A DNA stretch of 63,632 bases, filler included, from Octopus bimaculoides (GCF_001194135.2; 7 parts of 7 records of this genome joined end to end with filler, not necessarily neighbours in it), one strand, 5' to 3'; shown: positions 13,851-26,992, counted from the whole stretch's first letter. The notes: generated by a model not told the origin, from the sequence alone. Translations and numbers: made by a program.

Positions 13851-14877
13851 TAAAACTAAATGTTATAATTTGTCACATGACATCTAAAGTTCATGAGAAC
13901 AACTTTAAAAGAGGAAAAAAAAAAACAAAAAAGCATTGAGAGAAAAAACTTAATGATAATTAGATATCATTAAGAAAACGGAACGCGGCATAAGTGAAAG
14001 TTCGTTTAATGACAGAATATAACAACATCGGCGAATCGTCGATTTAATACGACATTAAACAACTCAAAACAAAAGCTTTTAGAGATTTACTGCGTGTTCT
14101 GAGTCTAACAATAAAATAATAGCAAATAAGAAAAGTCTGTATAAACAAAAAGGTTGAAAAAAATTTAGATAAAATTGATAGAAATGGATAAAATACTGCA
14201 CGATTGCTTTTCTTTTTTTCATTTTATTGAAACGATTGGAGGGTATTGCTATACAATTTCAAACGCTATTTTGTATTGTGTTATGTAAATTTGTTTTTTT
14301 AAAAAATTTTATTTGAAAAATGTTTTTTTTTAACATCAAAACATATGTTTTACTCTTTTTTTTTTTACTTACTGTGCTATAACCATATATAATAAACATG
14401 TATTTTTTTTTTCTTGCATTTTCAAAATGCTATTTTCTTTAATTTTTATTTCGAAGTGTTTATTGTTTCTTCCCAAACTGTTTACTGTGCAGGTAACAGG
14501 TAATAAAAATATTATTCCTTGTACCGTATTTCTAGAGTTCACTGTACTCCCGTTTATTTCAGTAATAAATGCATTTTTTTTTTTTAAAAAAGAAGGAAAC
14601 TTCCTAAAATACGGAAAAAAAAAAATCAAAATAACAGCATCTCAAATGCCGTTATTCCGGAAGTTTACTGTTTAATATTTACACATGCATTTGTATGCAT
14701 ATATACAAATTCACACACACATACACACACACATATATACACATTTATATATATACATGTATATATATGTATATATATATAAATATGTATATATGTTTGT
14801 ATATATATGTATACATACATATATATATATATATAAATATATATATACATATTCACATGTATACATACACATATATA

Positions 14878-14923
<46 letters not shown>

Positions 14924-15749
14924 NNNNNNNNNNNNNNNNNNNNNNNNNNNNNNNNNNNNNNNNNNNNNNNNNNNNNNNNNNNNNNNNNNNNNNNNNNNNN
15001 NNNNNNNNNNNNNNNNNNNNNNNNNNNNNNNNNNNNNNNNNNNNNNNNNNNNNNNNNNNNNNNNNNNNNNNNNNNNNNNNNNNNNNNNNNNNNNNNNNNN
15101 NNNNNNNNNNNNNNNNNNNNNNNNNNNNNNNNNNNNNNNNNNNNNNNNNNNNNNNNNNNNNNNNNNNNNNNNNNNNNNNNNNNNNNNNNNNNNNNNNNNN
15201 NNNNNNNNNNNNNNNNNNNNNNNNNNNNNNNNNNNNNNNNNNNNNNNNNNNNNNNNNNNNNNNNNNNNNNNNNNNNNNNNNNNNNNNNNNNNNNNNNNNN
15301 NNNNNNNNATATATATATATATGCTCAAAGACACGCACGCTCACATACACACACATATATATATACACACATATATATACACACACATATATATATATAT
15401 ACACATACATATATATATAATATATAAACGTATGCATAAGTATATATATACATATGCATACACACGTACATATATATATATATGTGCATTTATATATATA
15501 TTCATATATATACACATATATATACACACAAAAACACATATTAAAAGGAACTCTTATAGAAATTTAAGCACTCACTACGAGTATAGAGCAATGTATGTGT
15601 GTATATACTTCTAGTAAAAGAATTGACTGCATACATGTTTGTTAGCTGAGCAACTGTCTACATGTATATTCTCGTTGTGGACTAATACTGTGCGCTGAAC
15701 ACTTAAACATTTTGGTTTTTAAGGAAATAATTATAATAATGATAATAAT

Positions 15750-16118
15750 CTCGAATGTGGAATCTAAAAACAGAAACAATTCCTATCATAGTAGGTGCCT
15801 TAGGTATAATAAAAAAATATTCAGACAAATACATAACAAAAATAGCAGGACTTACAAATATATATAACTTACAGAAAATTGCACTACTGGGTACTGTACA
15901 CATCCTACGCAAAACACTTTCAATACANNNNNNNNNNAGAAAATTGCACTACTGGGTACTGTACACATCCTACGCAAAACACTTTCAATACAGTAAACAT
16001 AAGAGCACCACAGCAAACCACAGCACATACCCAAGGCGCACAGAGCTGCGCTCGGTAGTGAAGTGAAAGCACGTTATAAAAATAAAACTACTGAATAATA
16101 ATAATAATAATAATAATA
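15750..16118 (+). mobile_element. R4/Dong-like element 3' end with (AAT)n tail
   Basis: WNLKTETIPIIVGALGII...LQKIALLGTVHILRKTLSI is the typical C-terminus of RLE-type R4/Dong ORFs, followed by a short 3'UTR and aataataat tail. Confidence 0.75.
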
Positions 16119-16267
16119 ACATTTTTAGTAATAATTACTCATTCTAATATATATATGTATATATTGTTAACGTCATACGGACAGCCTTAAGGCTTTTCCC
16201 ATCCAACTATTTACACGCTGTTATTTATAGCTCTATCTACTTCGAGTTCAACTGCTAGAAAAAAATT

Positions 16268-16300
<33 letters not shown>

Positions 16301-16447
16301 NNNNNNNNNNNNNNNNNNNNNNNNNNNNNNNNNNNNNNNNNNNNTTAATTAATTAANNNNNNNNNNNNNNNNNNNNNNNNNNNNNNNNNNNNNNNNNNNN
16401 CTCTCTTTTTCTCTCGCTCTCTCTCTCTCTCTGTCTATCTTTCTCGC

Positions 16448-16499
<52 letters not shown>

Positions 16500-16697
16500 T
16501 TCCTCTCTCTCGCTCTCTCTTACGCACACACTCTCTCTCACACACACACACGTGCCTATCTGTGTGTTAAATTCTCAAGATCTCTTGAATGTTTTCTTTT
16601 TCTCTCTTGTCACGCATTTCTCGTTCTTCTGTTACTTTTGTTGAGTTTTTCCTGCCGTTCTTTATTGTTAACGTTCGACTGAGAACGAATCAAACTG

Positions 16698-16739
<42 letters not shown>

Positions 16740-17267
16740 ATATGTATATTTTAATGTTATTGCTAACGTTGTTGTTTTTGTTTGAGTTGGGTTAGCAATT
16801 GTAGGGGTTTCATTTAAAGATTTTTTTTTACGAAATCATACACGAACAATGTTATCTTGACCGTAGGATGTCTTTACTATCCTTTCTGTATTCCTTTAGT
16901 AACCTGCGTTTTGTACAAACAATAGGCAAGTGGCTATAAAGCTTGTCTCACGATAATCCACTGTTCTATATAATAATTCATTGCACAGGGCGTTCCGGAT
17001 AAATTTGACAGTTGGCATCAAAAGAAAAGAAGATACAATGTCCCTCCCAAATATAAAAGTATTTTAAGAGATCAAAAAATATTAACAAGATTATGGCTCA
17101 ATTATATAATTATACCAAATGGTACATATATATTATTTCATACCTAGATAGTGTATGGACTAAAATCCCTGTTGACAAGACGTTGGTATTTATAGTGTTA
17201 AATACTTTCGGTATAGAAATTAAGAACTCCTTCATAGAGTATCTGGAAATTGTTAGAATGATGTGGA

Positions 17268-17312
17268 CGCCTCTGATGAGAACCCAATAAGGTTCGAAAA
17301 TCGATTAAGGTT
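17268..17312 (+). ncRNA. Minimal type-I hammerhead ribozyme motif, intact core
   Basis: gcct-CTGATGA-GAACC(caataa)GGTTC-GAAA-ATCGAT-TA-aggt. All core positions are present, with a 5-bp stem II closed by G10.1-C11.1, palindromic stem III AATCGATT, and stem I of 3 WC pairs plus G.U. Confidence 0.75.
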
Positions 17313-17684
17313 GTTCACCGTTTTTCTTCTGTCTACAGAGAACTGGCTACATACATACACACACGCGCGCTTGTGTGTGTGTGCGTGTTATGTATATATG
17401 GAAGCATGTTTATAGAATCAGAAAACAGAGATAAACGTGCTAGGTCTGAATGCCAAAACGTTTTATAAAAAGCTACCAGTTGAACAAAATACTTCTTTTG
17501 TGTATAAACACATTGGGGTGTCCGTTTACATACACACACACACCCCGAAGTTTTTATAGACAAAAGAAAATGTATACATAATTTATTATCTATATATGTG
17601 TATACGTCTGGAGAAATAATATATACACATACACATACATATCCACGAATATTTGTATCTCTCTCTCCCTCTCTCTCTCTCTAT

Positions 17685-17729
<45 letters not shown>

Positions 17730-17767
17730 AGATACTCTTTTATAATTATATAATGCAATTATTTTAA

Positions 17768-18023
17768 TGGGTGCGAATAAACCCCACAAACACGCTAGAA
17801 ATAGACGCCAAATGGCTGTAAGAACCACATCTAAACTCTGTTAGCACAGCTTGTAAGCGGGCAGATGGAAAAATTAGTTAGCCAGAAATTGATCTACAAT
17901 TAACCATCTTTTTTTAAAAAAAAATCTTATTCGTTTACAACCTGTGCTAACAGAGTATAGATGTGGTTTTTGGGGCCATTTGACATCTATTTCTAGCGTG
18001 TTGGTGGGGCTTATCCGCACCCT
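17768..18023. mobile_element. Kolobok-like MITE with ~90-bp TIRs, TTAA flanks
   Basis: TTAA|tgggtgcgaataaacccc...gttagcacagcttgtaa mirrored by ttacaacctgtgctaac...ggggcttatccgcaccct|TTAA. Confidence 0.65.
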
Positions 18024-18655
18024 TTAATATATTATTATAAAATAGTATTACAGAACGAACGAGTGACAAATCCCTATTTCTCCGCAAGAGTTTGCAAATT
18101 CTGAAATATCATATTACGCCGCTCAGCAAAACATAGGCTACGATAAATCAATGCCCCTACTTTAAGCCATTTTTATAAAAGTCTTTCATCAGGTATTTAC
18201 TTTAAACGAGGAAACAAGATTAAAGTAAGTCAATAGATCAGTGTATGACATATCTTCAAGCCTTGAACGAGATAGTTTTTCTTTTTAGCAGCTGTGATAG
18301 TTGACTCTCAAGCAATTCGAATTGCTTTCATCTCATCTGATCTCGAGTAATTACTTCACCTGGTGAAAGTATATAAAACTTGCTGAAATCATAAAATCCT
18401 CACGACGTGTCTGTGCTCGATCTGTTAATGCAACCTCCACCACCATACAGGTCCCGTGGTAGTGACAAGTGTGTGAAGAAAATGATACATGAACAATATC
18501 AGCACAACTCAGATAAGATCGACTATTGAGTACTATTTCCACACCCGAGACATTGCTGCTGCTGCTTTTACACGCACAGACGTCCTAGATCGCATCCAGA
18601 AATGAGTCAGTTACAGACACGCTTTATCTTGTGCTCAACAAGAATGCTCTCTCTC

Positions 18656-18727
<72 letters not shown>

Positions 18728-19186
18728 TCTCTCTCTCTCTCTCTCTCTCCCCTCTTTTTTTATCGCTACTGTAATGGCTGGAATCTGCTTTTCGGAATTG
18801 ATCAGGTTCCTCTCACCGGAAATTCAGACATTCCCCTTCCCAATCGTCTCCCCTTTTTTCGTCACTTTTTAATATTTTTATATTTATATATATTATATAT
18901 ACATATATATGTAATGTGAGTTAATGGTTGTACTTTTAATAGTCTCGCTATGTATATATTATATTTTTCCACTTTTGACACGTAATACTGAGACAGTCTA
19001 AGAGATTCCTCCGGGCTCCACTTGGCAAGAAGTTTAAATTTTCTTGGGCCCCATGACACTGCATGGATCCTAAGTAGTGTATGTGTAAAATTTGTATGAA
19101 ATCAGTTTGGTAGTTCTCGAGTTTTAGTGATGCACACATACAGATACATATATATATATACATGAATATATATATATATATATATA

Positions 19187-19413
19187 GCACCTACCATTGC
19201 CAACCTCACAACGGGATTCTTAGAGAAAAAAATATATCAGAATTCACTTCGAAAATTTGGAGACCCTCTCGCCCAATACATTTAAGAGAATTGGAAGAGA
19301 TACCTGGAAGACTGTTTCAAACTCTGGAATAACAACTTAAACTCCTAGAATTTAAAACACTTCTCAACAGCATCCACACAAGCATTCAATTCACAATGGA
19401 ATACAACCAGGAA
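19187..19413 (+). mobile_element. Penelope-like element RT fragment
   Basis: APTIANLTTGFLEKKIY...ENWKRYLEDCFKLW...FKTLLNSIHTSIQFTMEYNQE (YLDD motif decayed to YLED; one stop, one frameshift). Confidence 0.7.
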
Positions 19414-21268
19414 TTCAATCCGTCAACGTTGTACATATATGTATACGTGGCACTCCGTCGTTTGCGACGACGAGGGTTCCAGTTGATACGATCAACAGAA
19501 AACGTGTACCCTTAATGTAGTTCTCAAGGAGATTCGGCGTAGCACAGAGTGTGACAAGGCTGACCCTTTGAATTACAGGTACAACAGAAGCAGGAAGAAA
19601 GAGTGAGAGAAAGTTGTGCTGAAGAATTACAGCAGGATTCGCCACCATCCCCAGCCGGAGCCTTGTGGAGCTTTAGGTGTTTTCGCTCAATAAACACTCA
19701 CAACGCCCGGTCTAGGANNNNNNNNNNNNNNNNNNNNNNNNNNNNNNNNNNNNNNNNNNNNTTAATTAATTAANNNNNNNNNNNNNNNNNNNNNNNNNNN
19801 NNNNNNNNNNNNNNNNNCTAAGACCAGTGACGTTGGGGTATTTAATGCAAGGGTTTCACTTGTGTTGTTGATATGTGCATGTAAAACACTTTTGAAACGG
19901 CATTCACTGGATCAATAGTAAAAAAAATGTAAGGATCGTCTGAAAGTGTCTAGCACGGGATTAAAAAGTAAGAAATGCGATAACACAAGAGTGTTGAATG
20001 TGTTGCTTCAGCAATGAAACATGTCATTCATTCAATGGAGATTCATATGGTCTTATGTGAGTAAATGGAGGGCGTAGAATACTGCAGGATTTTAGAGTGT
20101 TTGAGGCTGCAGGGTGTTATTTCGCTAAATTTGGCCAGTTAGATATAGGAATGGTGCACGCAAGAATAGATTTGTGGAATCATCTTTCTCTCATTTGACT
20201 GCGGCCATTCTGGAGCACCGCCTTGAAGAATCTTAGTCGAACGAATCGATCGCAGCAGTTATATTTTTTAAGCCTTCTGCTTATTCGGTCGCCCTCTTTT
20301 GCCGAAGTACAATGTTTCGGGGACGCAAATACACCGATACTGATTGTCAAGCGGTGGTGGCGGTGGTGGGAGACAAAGAAACTCTCACAAACACTCACAG
20401 AGGCACACGCACCCAATACACTCATACACACACACTCACACACATACACACTCGCTCACATGTATACACACATACACACTCACACGTTCACACATTCACG
20501 CAAGCATGTATAGACAACGAGCTTCTTTCTGATTCCGTCTACCAAATCCACGACTAAGGTACTGAACCCGGAAGAATATTGTTGTGAAGCAAACTTCTTG
20601 CTTCACAGTTAAGCGTGCGTCTATTCTTTTATTCTTCTACTTGTTTTAGTCATTTGACAGCGGCCATGTTGGAGCACCGCTTTTAGTCGCACAAATCGCC
20701 CCCAGGACTCATTCTTTGTAAGCCTAGTGCTTATTCTATCGGCCACATGTGCCGAAACGCAAGGTTACGGAGACGTAAACACACCAACATCTGTTTCAAG
20801 TGATGGTGCGGGGACAAACACAGACACCAAAATACACACTCGCATATATATATATATATANNNNNNNNNNNNNNNNNNNNNNNNNNNNNNNNNNNNNNNN
20901 NNNNNNNNNNNNNNNNNNNNNNNNNNNNNNNNNNNNNNNNNNNNNNNNNNNNNNNNNNNNNNNNNNNNNNNNNNNNNNNNNNNNNNNNNNNNNNNNNNNN
21001 NNNNNNNNNNNNNNNNNNNNNNNNNNNNNNNNNNNNNNNNNNNNNNNNNNNNNNNNNNNNNNNNNNNNNNNNNNNNNNNNNNNNNNNNNNNNNNNNNNNN
21101 NNNNNNNNNNNNNNNNNNNNNNNNNNNNNNNNNNNNNNNNNNNNNNNNNNNNNNNNNNNNNNNNNNNNNNNNNNNNNNNNNNNNNNNNNNNNNNNNNNNN
21201 NNNNNNNNNNNNNNNNNNNNNNNNNNNNNNNNNNNNNNNNNNNNNNNNNNNNNNNTCCAAGCAGTGAA

Positions 21269-21273
<5 letters not shown>

Positions 21274-21337
<64 letters not shown>

Positions 21338-21362
21338 AAGAAGAAGAAGAAGAAGAAGAAGA
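21274..21362 (+). repeat. Compound (AAT)n(AAG)n microsatellite
   Basis: Direct reading. Confidence 0.95.
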
Positions 21363-21412
21363 ATATCGAAAAATAGCTTAGGAATGAGAACCCAGGTACA
21401 AAATTTCCCCGA

Positions 21413-21458
21413 GACACCTAATGAAGGCTGGAGGGAATATCAGCCGAAACATTGTGTT
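21413..21458 (+). ncRNA. Decayed type-I hammerhead motif in a Penelope-terminus-like repeat
   Basis: gacac-CTAATGA-a-GGCTG(gagggaatat)CAGCC-GAAA-CA-TT-gtgtt. Two changes from the canonical form (G5 to A; ACGT to ACAT). Stem I acac/gtgt and 5-bp stem II are intact. Confidence 0.5.
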
Positions 21459-22724
21459 AACAACAAACAAGATGAGGACAAATATCCGTCAAATGTAAAT
21501 AATGTACATAATATAGATAAGGAAGAGTTTGTTCATGATCTTAAGTATATGTGGTAGTCCTGCTTCTTGGAAATTTCTAGAAGAATTTATTTTGTTTGCC
21601 AAAAGTGCCTCTGGAATCACGGGCAGAACATCGGGAATATGCTGCATAAAATTATAATTAACTGAGACTCCTGCATTTTCTTTTTATCTAATCTAGTTTT
21701 TCACAATATGTATTACGTGACACATTCGTGGTTACTTCTACCTTGGAGTGATCTGCCCTTGGTCAGGGCCAGTGTATGTCAAACTCTCCAGCACATTCTA
21801 TACTACCAGAGAGGATGCGTACCCTCCCCAGCTGCCATTACGGCTATTAGAACTACGGCTATCCATGACTAGATTTGCAATGAATACTGGAACGGTTTCA
21901 TGTTGCATATTCCATATAGGTGAGATTTGAACTCAAGATGGAGAGAGCCGTATGATATACCGTAAAGCATTTCTGCCGATGTATCAACGAGTTTGCTACT
22001 CTCCATCCCACTAGAACAACGTGTCGTGAGGTATTAGTGCTCAACAAAACAGCATGCCGCGCTCTCTGCGGATCGAACCTCAAGATCACTATCTTGAATG
22101 CAACAACCTGACCACTTTATCACGCGCCTGGACAGAGAGAAAGACTGGCATGTGAATGTTTTTATAACCACAATTTCACACGAAAACATATTTTTCAGTT
22201 CACACATACACAATTTTATGGAGCTATGTATTAGAGTATATTTTTTCAATGCAGGTTGAATATCTTCCAGCGAGACACAGCTGCTGTGTTTTTATTCAAT
22301 ACAAACATTTAACAGCATTAGATATTTTTGTGTCATTTATCTGTACGTTTATTGTTGCTTTCGATAAGTAGTATGGTCTCCCGTCTAAACTAGATGCCGA
22401 CCTGTAATAAACTCTAAGTTGAATATCATCCTCCAGTAAATGCATAATTCTCTCCATAAAACATGTTCGTGTGTTCCTTTAAAATATGTTTCTGATTGAA
22501 TGTATACATCAAGTAACACATCTTGTTTACAATGGGATATATTGTTATATTCCTTGTAACAGCGCCAACTTAAACAGAGAGAAATACCATTCGCCTCTTA
22601 TATTAGTCGCTTTGACTCTAGAAATGATATGAACACAAAAATACGAACAACCATAAGGCAAAACATTCAAGAATACATTTAAAGTTTGTATATACTTACA
22701 CATGAATGTCTATGTATATGTAAT

Positions 22725-22756
<32 letters not shown>

Positions 22757-23505
22757 NNNNNNNNNNNNNNNNNNNNNNNNNNNNNNNNNNNNNNNNNNNN
22801 TTAATTAATTAANNNNNNNNNNNNNNNNNNNNNNNNNNNNNNNNNNNNNNNNNNNNTAGGGTCCTTTGCGGCGGCGGCGGCATCACAATGAGGGGTGGAG
22901 GGGTGGCCTTGTTTAGAATAAAAAAAAAAAAAAAAAAATTAAACACTGGCAGGAGCAAAAAATCCAGTACACCAAATTTAATTTACATGCTTAAAACAAT
23001 TCCCATTTATCTGTACTATTTTATGGCACTTCAATAATGCATGCAGCCCTGCAGTGACATAACATCATTACTGTCTTACTTTTGTTATCTCCATTTTTCA
23101 CATCTTTATACATTTTGACATTTCTTAACTGGATAAGTTCATAGCTAGTTGATTGGTCGCTTTGTAGGTTGATAATCATTAACAACACATATAATCTCTT
23201 GATATAATTCTTATCAACTGATACAAATGGGTCTCTGAGGAGCCATTCTATTGAAATACTTTCTTTGTTATCATTTCTATTCAAAAATACAATAGGTAAA
23301 CAGAAAGCACTTGTGCACAAAGCTAGTTATCTTGAGAATCATGCAGCAGCAGACACTGCAAACACTACCAAGGTCAACTTAGCCTTTTGTACTTTCGATG
23401 GTAATTAAATTACTCTTGAAATTACCTTTAAAATAGCCTCTGTGCCTTGAATTTTAAACAAATTTAAGGCACAGTACTAAAGTTACAAATTATTATTATG
23501 GCAGC

Positions 23506-23945
23506 AAACTGGCAGAACCATTAGCATGCCAGGTAAAATATTTAGTGGCATTTCGTCTGCCTTTATGTTCTGATTTCAAATTCTACCGAGGTCAACTCTG
23601 CCTTTCATCCTTTCAGGGTCGATTAAATAAGTACCAATTGTATACTAGGATCGGTGTAATTGACTAGCCTCCTCCCCCAAATTTTAGGCATTGTACCTAC
23701 AGCAGAAAGGATTATTATTATTATTATTATGAAGGTAGGAAACAGGCAGAATTGTTAATGTGCCAGACAAAATGCTTGGCAGTAACACTTCTGGCTATTT
23801 ATATCCGCATTCATGCTCCACCAAGGTCAACTTTTGTCATTTTGGGGGTTGATGAAATAAGCACCAGTGAAATGGGGTCAATATAATCAACTAACCCCAC
23901 CACGTATAGACTTCAGGCCTTGTGCCTATAGTAGAAAGAGTTGTT
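23506..23945 (+). mobile_element. Two old family-A variant SINEs in tandem
   Basis: CpG-decayed heads (ggcagcaaactggcagaa; ggaaacaggcagaatt), the shared central domain, and the alternative tail aggccttgtgcctatagtagaaag. Confidence 0.7.
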
Positions 23946-24173
23946 ATCATTATTGCTGCTGCAAGGATTCATTTGAAAAATATATTCAATGTACAAGGAT
24001 GTGATGCCGAATGCATTTTTGCTGAAGGGCAAGAAGCCAAACAGACACAATACCGAAAAGACATATGAAAATTAAAATTTAATTTCATTAAATCATAAGT
24101 GCCAAATTGTTGAATTGGTCATTAAACTATGTAGGTCGAAACGTTTTTGTTTTTCTTTTTATTATTATGTTCA

Positions 24174-24392
24174 ATTTCTTTATTGCCCACAAGGGGCTAA
24201 ACATAGAGAGGACAAACAAAGGGGTTAAGTCGATTACATCGACCCAGTGCGTAACTGGTACTTAATTTATCGACCCCGAAAGGATGAAAGGCAAAGTCGA
24301 CCTCGGCGGAATTTGAACTCAGAATGTAGCGGCAGACGAAATACTGCTAAGCATTTCGCCCGGCGTGCTAACGATTCTGCCAGCTCGCCGCC
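24174..24392 (-). mobile_element. SINE family A, full length
   Basis: Reverse complement of 47221-47451 with few differences. Confidence 0.85.
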
Positions 24393-25920
24393 TTTTATTA
24401 TTATGTTCGTCCGGCTTTTTGTCCGTTTGACTTTATGTTCATTCAGCATTGTGTCCATTCGGTTTCTTGTCCTTCAGCGAAAGTGCATTGAGCATCCTGT
24501 CTGCACATGTATTTAAGAATATTATTACATTGGAATTTTGAAAGAGGAAAGTTGTTCATTCAAATATTCCAAGAACATGAATTGACAGTTAAAAAAAAGA
24601 TTTCATTCATAATAGACTTGCAACAATGATGACTATTATCAGAATAATTATACAACCAGACTTGAAATATTCAGAATGCCTACATATATGATATAAACTT
24701 CATTCTTAACCACTGGGAAGGTAACAAAAATACCAGCAAAGTTTTGTTACTAAGAGTTGATCAAGCAAGCTAGCAGTAGAAATAGCAGTGGCAGTGGTTG
24801 TAGTCATCATCATTGTTGTAGGTAGTGGTAAAAGTAATAACAGCGGTAGTGACAGTAGCAGCAGCAGAGGAGGAAGTGGGAGTAGTAGTAGTAGTAGAGC
24901 AATGTTTCGGGAAAAAAAAAACAATTGCAATCCATGATGGCCAAGCCATTTTGTTCTGACACTCAAAGAGGTATATGTGAATTAGAATTGCACAGTATGA
25001 AATGAAAGAGCTGAGTATAGAAATTAAGTTAATGTTTGTGAAGAAATAAAGTATGTATCAGGCACTAAAGATATATGAATGTAAGAAATCGAGATCATAT
25101 TAGGGTTAGAAATGAAATGAAATTAAAATAGCATCAAGAGTGATTGGGCATGTAGACCAAAGTGGAGTTATAGTTCTAAAAAGAAAATGAGTTTAGCCAT
25201 CAGATAGAGAATCTGGCTTCCAGATGTAATCCTCACCATAAAGGTAGGTGAGAGAAGGTTTGTGAGCAAATCTGCATTTGATTGCCTTATGCGGCTCTCA
25301 ATTCCCGAGAGAAAGAGAACTAGAACTCTTATGGCAATAGGAGAAGCAAATGGAAAGAGTTCCAACTGGATCTGGTCAAGGAGGAATGGAAATGAATTTC
25401 AAAAGGTGTAATTTACTCTGCAGTCAATTGGTGTCTTAGACTGAACTGATTACAACACACAAGGCACCTTGACTCTGCGATACCTTTACCATCCAGGTGG
25501 GTTGCAACACAGACGATAACACAGAAGTGATAGCAGAAGAGTATCCAGAATGTGGATACTCCTGGATGTGCCCAGACACCTTACAGTATAAAAGTTAAGG
25601 CCCAAAACTCTTGCATGACCAAGGGTGTCTTCTCTGAAGACTTTCTGCTGCTCAGCTCTCCATCGAGTTTCTTATTCTATGGAGAGCTCTGGCCAAACAG
25701 ACTATCACAAAAGACAGCTTTTAAATTTGAAAAATATTTTAAAATCTTTATTCTGTGTGCAAATCATTTGGTAATAGTGATTGAAATAGGCAGTGAGCTG
25801 GTGGAATCAGTAGCATGCCAGGCAAAATACTTAGTGGTATTTTGTCCATCTTCAAGTTCTGAGTTGAAATTCCATCCAGAGAGACTTTGCCTTTCATCTT
25901 TCCAGGGTCAATAAAATAAG

Positions 25921-26149
25921 GCGGCGAGATGGCAGAATTGTTAGCACGCCGGGCGAAATGCTTAGCGGTATTTCGTCTGCCACTACGTTCTGAGTTCAAA
26001 TTCGGCCAAGGTTGACTTTGCCTTTCATCCTTTTGGGGTCGATTAATTAAGTACCAGTTACGCACTGGGTCGATGTAATCGACTTAATCCGTTCGTCTGT
26101 CCTTGTTTGTTCCCTCTATGTTTAGCCCCTTGTGGGCAATAAAGAAATA
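25921..26149 (+). mobile_element. SINE family A, full length, within a stack of family-A variants (25790-26400)
   Basis: Collinear with 47221-47451. Confidence 0.8.
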
Positions 26150-26404
26150 GGTATTTTATCTGTCTTTACTTTCTGAGTTCAAATTCCACTTAGCCTTTCA
26201 TTCTTTCAGGGTTGATAAATTAAGTACCAGTTGTGTACTGGGGTTGATCTAATCAACTGGCCCCCTCCCCAAAAATTTTGGACCTTGTACCTATAGTAGA
26301 AAAGGATAAAATAAGTACCAGTTGAGTACTGGGGTCAATATAATCAACTTGCCCTATGTCCCTTGAAATTGCTGGCCTAGTACCAAAATTTGAAACCATT
26401 ATAA

Positions 26405-26992
26405 TTATTACCTCTGCCTTAGCGAAGGTGGAGGTATTGTTTTCAGTTGTGTTTGTTTGTCCATGGACAAGATGTCTCATGAACCGCTGGATGGATTCAA
26501 ATGAAACTTTCAGGGATGTTTGGCCTCATGACTGGCACGAACTGATTTGATTTGGGGATCAATCCGGTACCAGACAAGGATTCTGGATTATTTGTTATAT
26601 ATTTACTTTACATGATTACGATCTTACATTAACTTTCAAGTTTTTCTCAATTATCTCCCTTAAGGCTGTAACTATTTTCAATGGTGAATTTGTTAACTTT
26701 GGCTTGTATTAGATAAGGATAAACTATTTATTGTTACTAAATTTTCTACAGTCACCTTCCCATTCCATGACTACCATTGCAATTGATCAGGTGCTGGACA
26801 AGGATTCTGGATTATTTTTCCTGTTTTTTACTTAATTTTTGAGAGTAGTCAGGTTCGTTTTTAGCATTCTCGTTCGTGAGAGCAGTTGATTTTATTTCAG
26901 ATATTCTCATTTTAAAAATCATCTCTGGCTAATCGTTGAGAGGATGTTGTGGTTGCCTTGGCAGAGGTTTGCACTCTCTGAGTGCTCTTGTT
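26405..26992 (+). mobile_element. Helentron-associated non-autonomous element (HINE/DINE-1 type)
   Basis: 5' palindromic subTIR tacctctgcctt-agcg-aaggtggaggta, 3' subTIR ccttggcagagg, and terminal hairpin gcactc-tct-gagtgc followed by TT. Confidence 0.7.

Noticed and set aside
13975-14060. GISESSFNDR(Y)NN, resembling a Penelope GIY-YIG segment
   Set aside because: Too short, and it needs a frameshift. Not supportable without a search.
15866-15990. About 55-bp direct repeat either side of a 10-N gap (the same pattern occurs at 28140-28257)
   Set aside because: Typical unmerged contig overlap, an assembly artefact.
18150-18200. Minus-strand CTGATGA (similar isolated CTGATGA/CTGAAGA at 41651 and 57466)
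   Set aside because: No correctly placed GAAA, stem III or stem I. Isolated heptamers are expected by chance.
23021-23320. 99-aa minus-strand ORF
   Set aside because: No recognisable motif or splice context. Chance ORF in AT-rich DNA.
23381-23430. Minus-strand TTCAAGA-gtaat(tta)attac-catc-GAAAGTAC
   Set aside because: Core mismatches, stem II is not adjacent to GAAA, and there is no UH or stem I.
24103-24149. caaa-TTGTTGA...aggtc-GAAACGTT-tttg, a hammerhead-like 3' half
   Set aside because: The core has two mismatches and stem II cannot be formed. At best a very old relic.
25000-25750. Complex, non-microsatellite sequence with short ORFs
   Set aside because: Possibly an old LINE relic, but I could not recognise any motif in six frames.
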